Assembly (NCBI RefSeq): GCF_006345805.1
Contig: NW_021829589.1
Location: 1-42,923 of the forward strand
DNA length: 42,923 nucleotides
Origin: Octopus sinensis
Taxonomy: Eukaryota
Direction of reading: 5' to 3'
Within the stretch, counting starts at the first letter, position 1. Every line of letters begins with the position of its first letter. A program made the translations under genes and the position numbers. This document shows, piece by piece, positions 22,210 to 34,404 of the stretch. The notes beneath the pieces are model-generated. The model ran no database searches, was not told where the DNA came from, and was given only the letters and a program-made list of their open reading frames with translations.

Positions 22210-22966
22210 TTGGGTCATCCCATAAATAATACAGATTTTTCAGTCGCATGAACTAAAAGTTGGAGGGGACCAGTCAAAATACCTGCATTAACTTGCTATA
22301 AAAGCTGGTCGTAATTTTACCTTGGTTAGTACCAGTTTTGAAGAGTGCAGTTAGATTTTAACAGATATTTTTTCAAAGCTATAATGGAAGTGACAAAGGA
22401 GCATATTCGGCATATTTTGCTTTATGAGTTCAATAAAGGCAACAACGCAATGGAAAGTGCGAGGACTATTAATGCAGTATATGGAGATCAGACAATAAGT
22501 GTAAGCCAGTTTCAATGGTGGTTCCTGAAAATCCCGAGCCGGAAACTATAGCTTAGAAGACGAACCTCGTCCGGGAAGATATGTAGAGCTCGACGAAGAC
22601 GTCCTGCAGACCCTAGTGGATCAAAATCCCATCGTAACTGTTGCGGAACTAGCAGAGAAGCTAGGATTTGATCATTCAACCATTCAACGGCACATACGTG
22701 CCATCGGAAAACGATCATCTTTGGTTTCAATGCGAAAAGTGTTCTCTCATGATAATTCTGTAGACGAGGTCAGAACAGTACTGCAGGAATATTTTTCGTC
22801 TCGGACAAGTGAATTTTGGAAGAGGGCATTGGAAGTTTACCAGATAGATGGAAGAGCATTGTAGAAAATGAAGGAGAGCATAATTTAGGTTAAAAAGGAA
22901 CTTTGTTTATCTTAATTTTGAAAGACAGAAACATAACAAAACTGCATTATTTATGGGATGACCTAA
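22210..22966 (+). mobile_element. Internally deleted mariner element with both TIRs and TA TSD
   Basis: TA|TTGGGTCATCCCATAAATAAT ... ATTATTTATGGGATGACCTAA|TA. N-terminal HTH MEVTKEHIRHILLYEFNKG (ATG 22384) and C-terminus DEVRTVLQEYFSS ... PDRWKSIVENEG are present. The WVPHEL-to-YSPDL catalytic core is absent (junction near 22712). Confidence 0.9.
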
Positions 22967-23041
22967 TATTTAGTTTTAAAAAGTATATACCTTTGACTAA
23001 AAAAATTTCGTAGGCTAAATGAATGACACGAACCTATCCTA

Positions 23042-23138
<97 letters not shown>

Positions 23139-23159
23139 GTATGTATGTTGTAGGTATAC

Positions 23160-23366
23160 TCTTTTACTCTTTTACTTGTTTCAGTCATTTGACTGTGACC
23201 ATACTGAGGTATCGCCTTTAGTCAAACATAATCGACCCCAGGACTTATTCTTTGTAAGCCTAGTATTTATTCTATCGTTCCCTTTTGCCGAACCGCTAAG
23301 TTACGGCGACATAAATAAACAGCACTGGTTGTCAAACGATGGTGGGGGACAAACACAGACACACAA

Positions 23367-23375
<9 letters not shown>
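23160..23375 (-). mobile_element. SINE family A, 3' half
   Basis: CTCTTTTACTTGTTTCAGTCATTTGACTG ... GCCGAACCGCTAAGTTACGG. Confidence 0.8.
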
Positions 23376-23461
<86 letters not shown>

Positions 23462-24004
23462 GTATATATATGTATATATACCTATTGTTATATACGCATC
23501 ACTGTCTATTTATTTCTCTCAATCTATCTATTTTCCATCCCTCGCTGTCAATCTGCATATTTGTGCGTCCGTGTGTGTGTGTGTGATAGTATGTGTGAAC
23601 CACACTTCTGTCCACTTAAAAACCACTTTCAAAGCAGAATTCCCTTATTCATATTTTTGGAAATATGCCATCCTGTTTAATGCGATTTTCTTCTTCATTT
23701 TCGTTTTGACATTGTTGTTTCCCAATGAACAATAGGTCCGCAGATACGTGTATCGTCTGTTACAAGGAAGTAGAACGTACAGGGCAAAAACATTAACAAT
23801 GGAAGAACGCGAAGGACCGAGTGTATATAACTCACTCGCCTAATAGTTCTATACACACGAATTATGGTACTTTTACCGAGCGTCAGACTAAAATAGTCCG
23901 TGTGCATGTTCTCTTGGTATCTTGTTATTGTTGTTTTTAACGTTCGATTATTCGATTTGACTCTATACACACACACACACGTGTATATATATACATATAT
24001 ATAT

Positions 24005-24255
24005 AGTCGCCATGATTGATCGTTATCCACTACACACATTTTTTTCTCTCCTTGTTTTTTCTGTGTCCCTTTCTGTAGAAGAGCGTAGGCTCGAAACGTA
24101 AAAGACTTTTTCTATTCCTGAGCGTTATACTAATACATCTGTTTGTTGTCTACACCACCTGTCTTCGTCTTTTGTTTTTTTCGTAAATTTTCCCTATATA
24201 TATATATGATTAAATAATAAGGGTAGAAATTGATATTAATCAATTAAAACCAGTG
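24005..24255 (+). mobile_element. Penelope-like LTR fragment with minimal hammerhead-like motif
   Basis: CTTT-CTGTAGA-A-GAGC-GTAG-GCTC-GAAA-CGTA-AAAG at 24069-24104, between (TA)n tracts. Confidence 0.55.
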
Positions 24256-25034
24256 TTCTGAGTTCAAATCCTACGATGGGATTTGGAACACAGAGCATAG
24301 AGAGAAGAAAGTAATACTGCAAGGCATTTTATCCATCGCTCTTACAACTCAGCCAGTTCGACACTATCTTTCGTCATGCGCCAACTGGATTCGATCCTAT
24401 GACATAATTAAGACATCACTTTGCCACATTATAACGGTTGCATCTGTGGCTAAGAAGTTCTCTCGCTGCTCTGTGGTTTCAAGTTCAATACCAATAAGTC
24501 ATTTTATGCTGTTTTCACATCTAAGTGTTAAGCCGAGCCAAGGATCAGCTGGAAGATACACGAGACCCTGGAGTGAAATTGAACTTTGATCCTATGATGA
24601 CGTAGCGAACGTCTTAATTATTTAGACATAAAGGCATCCATTTACACACACACACACACACACACACAGATACAGACATATATATACACAGTCACATGCA
24701 AATAGACACACACATCTACACACACATACGCACACACAAATACAAAGTCACACACACGTACACACTTATACACACACACACACACACTCATACACGCACA
24801 GATACATACAAACACAAACAGGGGTATGCAAACACACACGTGCGCACACACTCACAAACACGCTGACATATACATACACGCACATGCACACATATAGATA
24901 CACACACATATGCACAGACTCACAGAAACACACAAACAAAAATATGCATACACACAGACACACACACACACACCACACATACACACACACCTTATCAATA
25001 TGAGGTATGTTCAACTCATTATGATGTTTATATG

Positions 25035-25240
25035 TAATTGCTCGACCCTCTATACATAGCAGCCAAGTCTCCTTCAAATCGCAACCTACCATTTTTTATA
25101 TATTCTATAAAAAGAGCACTTTGCTTAATGCGGCTCTTAGTTCCGTGTACATAGAAAAAAGACAGGATGGTCATTGCTGGAACACTTTTTACCATATCAT
25201 ACATCTGCTTAATTAAGACTAACCGAGGGCTAAATAGCAA
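25035..25240 (+). mobile_element. Dispersed repeat family E (AGAAATAGCAGCCAAATCTCCCTC core) with (AAC/AGC)n tail
   Basis: Related copies at about 25550, 29540-29745, 29790, 30450-31560 and 42415. Confidence 0.6.
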
Positions 25241-26402
25241 CAGCAACAGCAGCAGCAGCCGTTCAAGAATTTGGACCTGGAAATCTCCATTTCCAGCGAC
25301 TTCGAGGGCCACCTCCCAGTGGTGTCGGGCGTCAATGAAGAGCCCTTGACTACAAGACGACCAAAGTTTTTTTTCCAAGGTCTGGGGTCTCCCGCCCCTA
25401 AGCCCTAGACCATCACCTAATCACCCTTACCCGTCTTGTTGCTTAACAACAACAACAGCAGCAGCAGCAGCAGCAGCAAATAAAATCGATATTTTTAGTG
25501 CATCAGGAAACTCATTTGGGGGATTGATCGACTTGTGGTCAGCATCCAAATCTCCCTCAAATCATGACCATCACGTTTTACAAAAAGCGAAGGACATATT
25601 GGATGATGTACTCCAAGATACACAAAGCCAGCCGTTCCAGAACACATTCTGGAGCTGAATTCATGATGCCATTTTGCAAAATTGCAAATCTCAAGTCTAT
25701 GATATTCAGCGACCAAGTGACAAAGTCGATCGAGCAGCGGGGAGATTGCGTTCCAATCCTCTGTGCTTTGAGTTCAAATCACACCGCTGTCAGCTTTACT
25801 TTTCATCCTTTTGGGGTCGATAAATAAAATACCAGTCATATACTGGAACTGATTTTTTTTCTTTCTCCAACTCTTACTGATTGTTTGTCATTTTGTCGCT
25901 TTCTGGAAGAAATTGATTCCGGTTGTTAGATGCGGAAAGAAATCGGCTCCGCCAAGTTTAAAATATGCAAGGCTTACCGAATGGTATAACGGCGACCCTT
26001 CTTTGCTCTATCAAGGAATTAAAGGGCTCTGACATGGACAATGTCTGTTACCTATAGTTTTCGGAGAAACCCAGTTATCCTAATTTTAATAGCTCTAATA
26101 AATTAGAAGAAGCAAAAATTACTTTAGCGAGAAATTATCTTAGCGAGTGTTCGGAAGAGTACGATCGCGAATACAAGCTTCCAGAATGGGGTATCTCGGA
26201 AGGATCGCTAGAGTAACGTTACCCGATACGGTGTGCAGCTTGGAGATGCAAGTTTAGCCACTACTTCCCGCACAGCCCTAGGAGTAGGGAGGGTATGTGG
26301 TTAGAATATTTGAATAAAGAAACGGGGGATCCATCGCCCACCATCACCAATCACTACTACAGAACAGATTTTACGTTTAATGCTACCCGGTAGGAAACCT
26401 AG

Positions 26403-26640
26403 AAATATACCATGCGTGAGATGGTGGAATAATATAAAATATACCAGGCGTGAGAAGATGGGATAACATCAAATATACCAGGCGTGAGATGATGGGATGT
26501 TATGAAATATACCAGTCGTGAGACGGTGGGATAATATTAAATATACCAGGCGTGAGATGGTGGAATTATATCAAATATACCAGGCGTGAGATGATGGGAT
26601 AATAGGAAATATACCAGACGTGAGATGATAGGATAATATC
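26403..26640. repeat. 34-bp minisatellite, 7 copies
   Basis: AAATATACCAGGCGTGAGATG(A/G)TGGGATAATAT-like units start at 26403, 26437, 26471, 26505, 26539, 26573 and 26607. Confidence 0.95.
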
Positions 26641-26910
26641 CATTGCTTCAGTTGGTTTCGCTTGAAAATCCAACCGGATCGTATGATAACGTTCACTCCT
26701 AATAGGTGTGGTTACGTGTGTGTATGTCTCTCGGTCTCCGCTTGACAATCGATGCTGGTTTGCTCACGTCCCCGTAATCTAGCGGTTCAGTAAAAAGAGA
26801 TTGATGGAATAAGTGACAGCCTTTCTGCCGCGAGTACAAGGCCAGGATTTGTTTTTGCTTTTTTTTTGCTTTTTTTCTTTTCTTTTCGGTGGAAGATGGG
26901 GGTTAGTTCA

Positions 26911-26972
<62 letters not shown>

Positions 26973-27177
26973 GGGTTTCAAAATTTTGCACAAGGCTAGC
27001 AATTTCGAAAGGAGTGAGTAAGTCGATTACATCGACCCCATTGCATAACTGGTACTTATATGAGGTTGAAATGTAAAGTTGACCTCGATGTGATTAGAAC
27101 TCAGAACGTAAAGACGGACGAAATGCACGCAAGCATTTTATCCACCCCGCTCCCCCCAGAGTGTGTATAATACTATA

Positions 27178-27758
27178 TTTATTTCTTTATTGCTCACAGG
27201 GGGCTAAACATAGAGGAGACAAACAAGGATAGACAAAGGGTCTACATCGACCCCAGTGCGCAAGTGGTACTTACTTAATCGACCCCGAAAGGATGAAAGG
27301 CAAAGTCGACCTCGGCGGAATTTGAACTCAGAACGTAAAGGCTGACGAATTACCTATTTCTTTACTACCCACAAGGGGCTAAACACAGAGGGGACAAACA
27401 ATGACAGACAAACGGATTAAGTCGATTACATCGAACCCAGTGCATAACTGGTACTTATTTAATCGACCCCGAAAAGGATGAAAGGCAAAGTTGACCTCTG
27501 CGGAATTTGAACTCAGAACGTAAGGACAGACGAAATACCTATTTCTTTACAACCGACAAGGGGCTAAACACAGAGGGGACAAACAATGACAGACAAAGGG
27601 ATTAAGTCGATTATATCGACCCCAGTGCGTAACTGGTACTTATTTAATCGACCCCGAAAAGGACGAAAGGCAAAGTCGACCTCGACGGAATTTGAACTCA
27701 GAACGTAACGGCAGACGAAATACGGCTACGCATTTCGCCCGGCATGCTAACGATTCTA
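27178..27758 (-). mobile_element. Tandem trimer of SINE B2 flanked by a long direct repeat
   Basis: Three units of about 185 bp with only one head. CCAGAGTGTGTATAATACTATA lies at 27156-27177 and 27773-27794. Confidence 0.9.
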
Positions 27759-27799
27759 CCACCCGGCTCTCTCCAGAGTGTGTATAATACTATATAACA

Positions 27800-28123
27800 C
27801 CCACCTCTCTCTCTCCCACTAACTCTTTCACCCCCATATTTCTTCTTACTTCCTGATTCTCTCTTCGACAAACGCCTACCTTTAACAGCCCCCTCCCCCT
27901 TTCTTCCACTTTCTTCTTTTCTCTTCTCTCCATCCATTTGCCTAAATCCATTCATATTTTTCTATTATGCTACGACCTATCCCATCATGCTGCTCAGACT
28001 CCCTCTCATACGTTCTCCACGTTTCCTTCTCTCGCCTCCTAAACTTTCACTATCCATATTCCGCCCCTCACTGAAGTTGTTTTCCCTTCTCTTCTCTTCA
28101 TATTCCTCCTCTCTGTTATTCTT

Positions 28124-28158
<35 letters not shown>

Positions 28159-28442
28159 TCTCTCTCTTATCTCTTTATCTATACCTTTTCTTCCTCTTCC
28201 TTATTCATGTTATCTTTACGTCTGCCATCCACCCCTCTCATATCTCTCTCTCTCGTCGTTCTCTCTCTCTTTCTCTTTTTCCATCTACCTCTGCCTACGC
28301 CTTATATTCATTACCTCTATCTTTTTCCCTTTCTTTTGAATTGCAAGTACAACTCAAATGGAGAGAGAAAGAAGAAGAAGAAGAAGAAGAAGAAGAAGAA
28401 GAAGAAGAAGAAGAAGAAGAAGAAGAAGAAGAAGAAGAAGAG
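27800..28442. repeat. Polypyrimidine (CT-rich) tract ending in (GAA)n of about 24 units
   Basis: Seen directly; (GAA)n at about 28369-28442. Confidence 0.9.
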
Positions 28443-28743
28443 TATTGAAACCGAATGTTGGTATTTTATTTATGAACCCCGAAAACAGAAAATGAAAGGC
28501 AAGACCTGCGCAGAATTCGAACTCAGGACGGACAGATCAAAAGTCAATATACGAGGTAAATGAATCCAGTCGTACCACGTCGTAGCCCAAACAGTTTTTT
28601 AAAATAGCAGATCGCATTAGGTATAAGCCCTAAAATGAAAATATTGATAGTAAATTGTGTGTGCATGCGTCTATATTTGTGCATGTATGTGTGTCTGTGT
28701 GTACACATACTCTCACCGACGATACACACACTAATAGATTTAC

Positions 28744-28841
<98 letters not shown>

Positions 28842-28855
28842 TACCACATTTATTT

Positions 28856-29226
28856 ATAGGCGTAAGAGTGGCTGTGTGGTAAGTAGCTTGCCACAGCGTG
28901 ACACCTTGGGTAAGTGTCTTCTACTATAGCCTCGGGCCGACCAAAGCCTTGTCAGTAAATTTGGTAGATGGAAACTGAAAGAAGCCTGTCGTATATATAT
29001 GTATATATGTGTGTGTATATGTTTGTGTGCCTGTGTTTGTCACCCCAACATCACTTGACAGCTGATGCTGGCATGTTTACGTCCCGTAACGTATCGGTTC
29101 GGCAAAAGATACCGATAGAATAAGTACTAGGCTTACAAAGAATAAGTCCTGGGGTCGATTTGCTCGACTAATGGTGGTGCTCCAGCATGGCCAAAGCCAA
29201 ATGACTGAAACAAGTAAAAGAGTAAA
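28856..29226 (+). mobile_element. SINE family A, near full length (deletion around the B-box)
   Basis: ATAGGCGTAAGAGTGGCTGTGTGGTAAGTAGC ... GGTGGTGCTCCAGCATGGCC ... AAAAGAGTAAAG. Confidence 0.85.
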
Positions 29227-29228
29227 GG

Positions 29229-29274
<46 letters not shown>

Positions 29275-29445
29275 ATGTATATATATACACTCACATATGC
29301 GCGTATACACATGCACATACACACACACTCTCTCTCTCTCTCTCTCTCACATCCACGCACAAATACGCACGTTCACGCACACAACCTCACACGCACATAC
29401 ATACACACAAACAAACGTACTCATACACACTCACACACGCATGTA

Positions 29446-29479
<34 letters not shown>

Positions 29480-29819
29480 ACAACACACACACAGGCACAG
29501 GCACCCACCAAAATTCGAGACAGCTGCTGCAAGTGATTACTAGATCCTCTAGAAATAATAGCCAAATCTCCCTCAATTCACACTTAACCGTCTTAGGAAG
29601 AACTCATTAGATTACACAAGGAAGTGAGTGTGACGATTCGTTATGCATGAAAACAAGTCAGGATGGTCACTACAGGAATGCCTTTGTTATCATGACTACT
29701 TGATATTGATTGACCTGGGGTTATACAAAAGCTGTCAAACCTTCGCTTCAGTCATATTGAAAAATCAAAGCGCCTACGTGGTAACCTGTCTGCTAGAAAT
29801 AACAACCAACTTGTCTTCG

Positions 29820-30390
29820 AGCAGGCGTGGCTTTGTGGTAAGAGGCCTGCTTCCGAACCAGATGGTTCCGGGTTCAGTCCCACTGTGTGGAACCTTGGGC
29901 AAGTGTCTTTTATTATAGCTTTGGGCCTGGATTTGGTAGACGGAAGCTGAAGGAAGCCCGTCTTCTATGTATGTGTGTGTGTGTGTTTCTCCCCACTCCC
30001 ATCATTGCTTGACAACCGGTGTTGGTGTGCTTACGTCCCCGTAACTTAGCGGTTTGGCAAAAGGGACCGATAGAATAAGTACTACGCTTACAACGAATAA
30101 GTCCTGGAGTCGATTTGTTCGACTAAAACACTTTGAGGTGTTGCTCCAGCATGGCTACAATGAAATGACAGAAACAAGTAAAAGAATGTGTGTGTGAGTC
30201 TGTCCCCCACCACAGCTTGACAACCGGTGTTGGTGTCTTTACGTTCCCTTAACTTAGCGGTTCGGCGGAAGATACCGATAGAATAATAGGCGTTAGGGGA
30301 AAAAAAAGTCCTAGGTTTGACTTCTTCGACTAAAACCCTTCAAGGTGGTGCCCCAGCATGGCCGCAGTCAAATGACTGAAACAAGGAGAA
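29820..30390 (+). mobile_element. SINE family A plus a tandem second 3' half, inserted in the family-E region
   Basis: Full copy to about 30185, then (TG)n and a second body and tail ending GGTGGTGCCCCAGCATGGCCGCAGTCAAATGACTGAAAC. Confidence 0.85.
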
Positions 30391-30444
30391 GATGAAAGGC
30401 AGATCGTACGCTATCACAAATCGATGAACCAACCCCTATATGGG

Positions 30445-31560
30445 TATTGAATATGCAAGAAATAGCAGCCAAATGTCCCTCAGAAACCACACCCTGTACC
30501 GAGTCTACTAAGCAGCCCTTCCATAGTCATTCAATATGCAAGAAATAGCAGCCAACTCTCCCTCAAAATCACACCCTGTGGCCAGTCTACTTAGTAGGCT
30601 TTGCATAGTCATTTAATATGCTAGAAATAGCGCCCAAATCTCTCTGATGTCATCTTTGCATCGAGTCAACGTGGTAGCTCTTACATAATCATTCAATATG
30701 CTAGAAATTACAGCCAGATCTCCCACAAAATCATACCCTGCGACGCAACGCGATATTATGCTAGAAATAGTTGCAAAATCCCGCTAAAATCACATCCTTC
30801 CGCGTGCCAAAGAAGCAACTTTTACGTGGTATTTTAATCAGTTAGAAATAGCAGCCACATTACCCTCGGAATCACACCTTACTGCTAGTCAACGAGGCAG
30901 CCCTTACACGGCCAATTAATATGCTAGAAATAGTAGCCAAATCCCCTTCAAGGCACAAGCTACCGCGAGTCAACGAAGCAGTCGCTATATAGTCATTTAG
31001 TATGCCAGAAATAGCAGACAAATATCTCTCAAAACACAACTAACTGTGACTTAAAGAGACAGGCTTTACACAGGAATTTAATCTACAAGAGATAACAGTC
31101 AAATTTCCTTTGAAGTCATGCCTTACATGGAGTAAACGAGAGATCAAGTCATCTGCTACGGACAATGAGAGCCTCAACATGATCGCTTAATATGCTAGAA
31201 ATAGTAGCCAAATCTCCATCAAGTCACAAGCTACCGCGAGTCAACGAAGCAGTCGCTATATAGTCATTTAGTATGCCAAAAATAGCAGACAAATATCTCT
31301 CAAAACACAACTAACCATGTCTAAAAGGGACAAGCTTTACACAGGATTTTAATCTACAAGAAATAACAGTCAAATCTCCGTAAGTCATACCTTACTTGGA
31401 GTAAACGAGAGATCAAGTCATCTGCTACAGACCACGGGAGCCTCAACATGATCGTTTAATAAGCTAGAAATAGTAGCCAAATCTTCCTCAAACCACACAA
31501 CTGTCTCAAAGAAAATAGGGACACGTCAGATAATGTGATCCAGGGCTCCCTGGACACCGG
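30445..31560 (+). repeat. Satellite-like array of 13 units of about 81 bp derived from family E, with a duplicated three-unit higher-order repeat of about 270 bp
   Basis: AGAAAT anchors at 30458, 30541, 30623, 30703, 30763, 30844, 30926, 31007, 31088, 31197, 31278, 31359 and 31466. The stretch 30919-31188 is repeated as 31189-31458. Confidence 0.9.
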
Positions 31561-32929
31561 AAATCGAAAGGGTGTTAAAAAAAACAATGGATCTCCTTTG
31601 ATCGTGTGTGTGCCGGACAAAAGCTGACCAGCGGTCAAACGGCAAAAGACACGAACACCTCATCGAATGTGCGTTGCACTCGCAAAACTTCTCGCACTGA
31701 AGGGACCCTCCTACTCCCCTCACTCCATCTATCAAACCTCCTCTTCCTACTCCTCCTTCTCATTTTCGTCGTCCTCCTTCCTTCTTCCTCTTTTTCTCCT
31801 CCTACTATCACCACTACAACTACTCCCACTGCTATCCACCATCTCACCTACGCTGATAACTCTCCTCCGTCCATTCCCCCCTCTTATTTCCAATACATTT
31901 TCTTCCTCCTACCGCTACTCTTCAATGCCAACACACAACACACACACACACACACAAACACCTCCTCTCACTTGTCGACCTCCTACTCCAGCGCTTCATT
32001 CACTCTCACTTTTCCTCCCATTCAATCCATTCATTACATTTCTCCATCCAATACACTCATTTCTTCTGTCTTTTTTTGTGTTTTCTCTCACATTCTATTG
32101 TTTTCAAGAAATACGAAATGCGGCCGGCTTTTATCGACATCATCGTCACCAACGTCAGCATCATCATTATCATCATCATCATCATCAACTACTACAATAA
32201 CATCATCATCAACATCATTGTCATCGTAGTCATCATCACATTATTATTGTCATTATTATTATTGTTGCTGTTGTTGTTGTTGTTGTTATTATTATTATTA
32301 TCATCATCATCATCATCATCATCATCATCTTATTCACAGACCAATTTCTCATTTTTCGCTACGTCTATTCGTTTGAGTTTGCTTGATCTGTCTATTTGTC
32401 TGTCTGCCTGTTTTTCTGTCTGTCTGTCTGTCTTTCCACCTGTCTGTCTGCATGTCTATCCGGATGTGTGTATGTATGTATGTATGTATACGTTAAGTGT
32501 TTATGTCTGCATGCGTTTACGTGCGTGCGTAACGTCTGTGTCAACGTTTTCAAGTACTTCAACAACCGACTTTATTACCCACCATCATCAACATCATCAT
32601 CATCAATGTCACCATCATCATCACCACCACCAATACCAACAACAACAATAACAACAACAACAACGACAACAACAACAACAGGGCTACAGGATTTCACATT
32701 CATCCAACTCTGCGTCTTCTCTGCGTAATCCTTGTTTGCCTACCTGCCTGCCTTTCAATCTATCTATCTAGATATTTAGATAGATAGATAATTATCTATC
32801 TATTTGTCTATCCATCTATCTATCTATGTATATATATATAATATATGTGTGTGTGTGTGTGTGTGGTGTGTGTGTGTGTGTGTGCTGTGTGTGTGTACGT
32901 GTGTGTGTGTGCGTGTGTGTATGTAATTT

Positions 32930-32988
32930 TCTATCTCCCTATTTATTTATCTATCAAATCATATTTCTATCTATTTATCCATCCATTC

Positions 32989-33038
<50 letters not shown>

Positions 33039-33052
33039 TTATCCATCCATTC

Positions 33053-33099
<47 letters not shown>

Positions 33100-33100
33100 A

Positions 33101-33160
<60 letters not shown>

Positions 33161-33161
33161 G

Positions 33162-33218
<57 letters not shown>

Positions 33219-33220
33219 TT
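32930..33220. repeat. (ATCT)n microsatellite; similar GATA arrays near 13845, 18600, 35130, 36200 and 42790
   Basis: Seen directly in the sequence. Confidence 0.95.
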
Positions 33221-33780
33221 ACACACGAACACACACACACCACACACACACACACACACTCACGCACATTTATTATGCGTGTGGTGAGGTGGTTACGCTG
33301 TATGTGCTTATCTGTGTCGTTGTCTGCGAGTTTATCGGAACGTCTATATATGCTTTCACTTCTGCTATGAGTCCTTCGCATCGACGTATACGAGTACGCG
33401 TATGTACATGTATGTGTTTGTGCGTTTATGTGCGTGCATGTATATGTATGTAATTGTGTGTTTGTGTGTGTGTGTGTTTGTATGTTTTTGTACGTTTGCG
33501 TGTGTTTCTGTTTTGTATGTACTTGTGCGTGTGTGTGTGTGTGTGTTTGGGTGTGCATGCATGCGTGTGTATCTGCGTGTGAATAAATGTTTGTGCGTTT
33601 GTGTGTGTGTGTGTGTATATGTATGTGCGTGTATGTATCTGTATGTTTGTATGTGTTTATATATATGTATGTGCGTGTGTATGCATGTGCGAGTGTATGT
33701 ATGAGTGTGTGCGTGTATGTGTGCCATCGATCACTGGGTCCATATATCTTTCTAAATGGCTCAGCTACTCTCTCTCTCTC

Positions 33781-33816
<36 letters not shown>

Positions 33817-33954
33817 ACAAACACACACACAAACACAGTAGAAGAGGGCGCAATAACATTATTTAGAAGAGCGCACTTCTTTCCTTGAGGGGTGGACGTG
33901 CCCCTAGGCCCCTCTCATATCTTGTGTATATATATATATACACACACACTCTTT

Positions 33955-34166
33955 TAAACTTTAATTGTTTCAGTCATTTGACTGTGGCAATGTTGGAGCA
34001 CCACCTTTTAGTCGAGCAAATCGACCCCAGGACTTATTCTATCGGTGTCTTTTCCCGAACCGCTAAGTTACGGGGACGTAAACACACCAGCATCAGTTGT
34101 CAAGCGATGTTGGTGGGGGGACAAACACAGACATATATACACAGACACGCACACACACACACACAC

Positions 34167-34221
<55 letters not shown>

Positions 34222-34388
34222 CGACAAGATTCTTTCAGTTTCCGTCTACCAAATCCACTCACAAAGCTTTCGTCAGCCCGAGAATATAGAAGAAGACACT
34301 TGCCGAAGGTGCCACGCAGTGGGACTGAACCCGGAACCATGTGGTTGGTAAGCAAGCTACCTACCACACAGCCACTCCTACGCTTATA
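33955..34388 (-). mobile_element. SINE family A, full length
   Basis: Tail GTTTCAGTCATTTGACTGTGGC, internal (CA)n(TA)n, head CCACACAGCCACTCCTACGCTTATA. Confidence 0.9.
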
Positions 34389-34404
34389 TAGGGGAAAAAA
34401 TTAT

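Noticed and set aside
22345-22864. ORFs 22345-22551 and 22616-22864 as a functional transposase
   Set aside because: Frameshifted, and the catalytic core is deleted.
27178-27758. Retrozyme interpretation of the SINE B2 tandem units
   Set aside because: No CUGANGA/GAAA hammerhead core is visible on either strand of the unit. A circular intermediate remains only an untested hypothesis.
27987-28563. ORFs ending in poly-Glu or poly-Lys
   Set aside because: Translation of a CT-rich tract and (GAA)n.
30445-31560. CRISPR-like appearance (conserved 25-30 bp plus variable 50 bp); also considered for 12893-13330 and 26403-26640
   Set aside because: The variable parts are homologous to each other, the repeats are degenerate, the context is eukaryotic and there are no cas genes.
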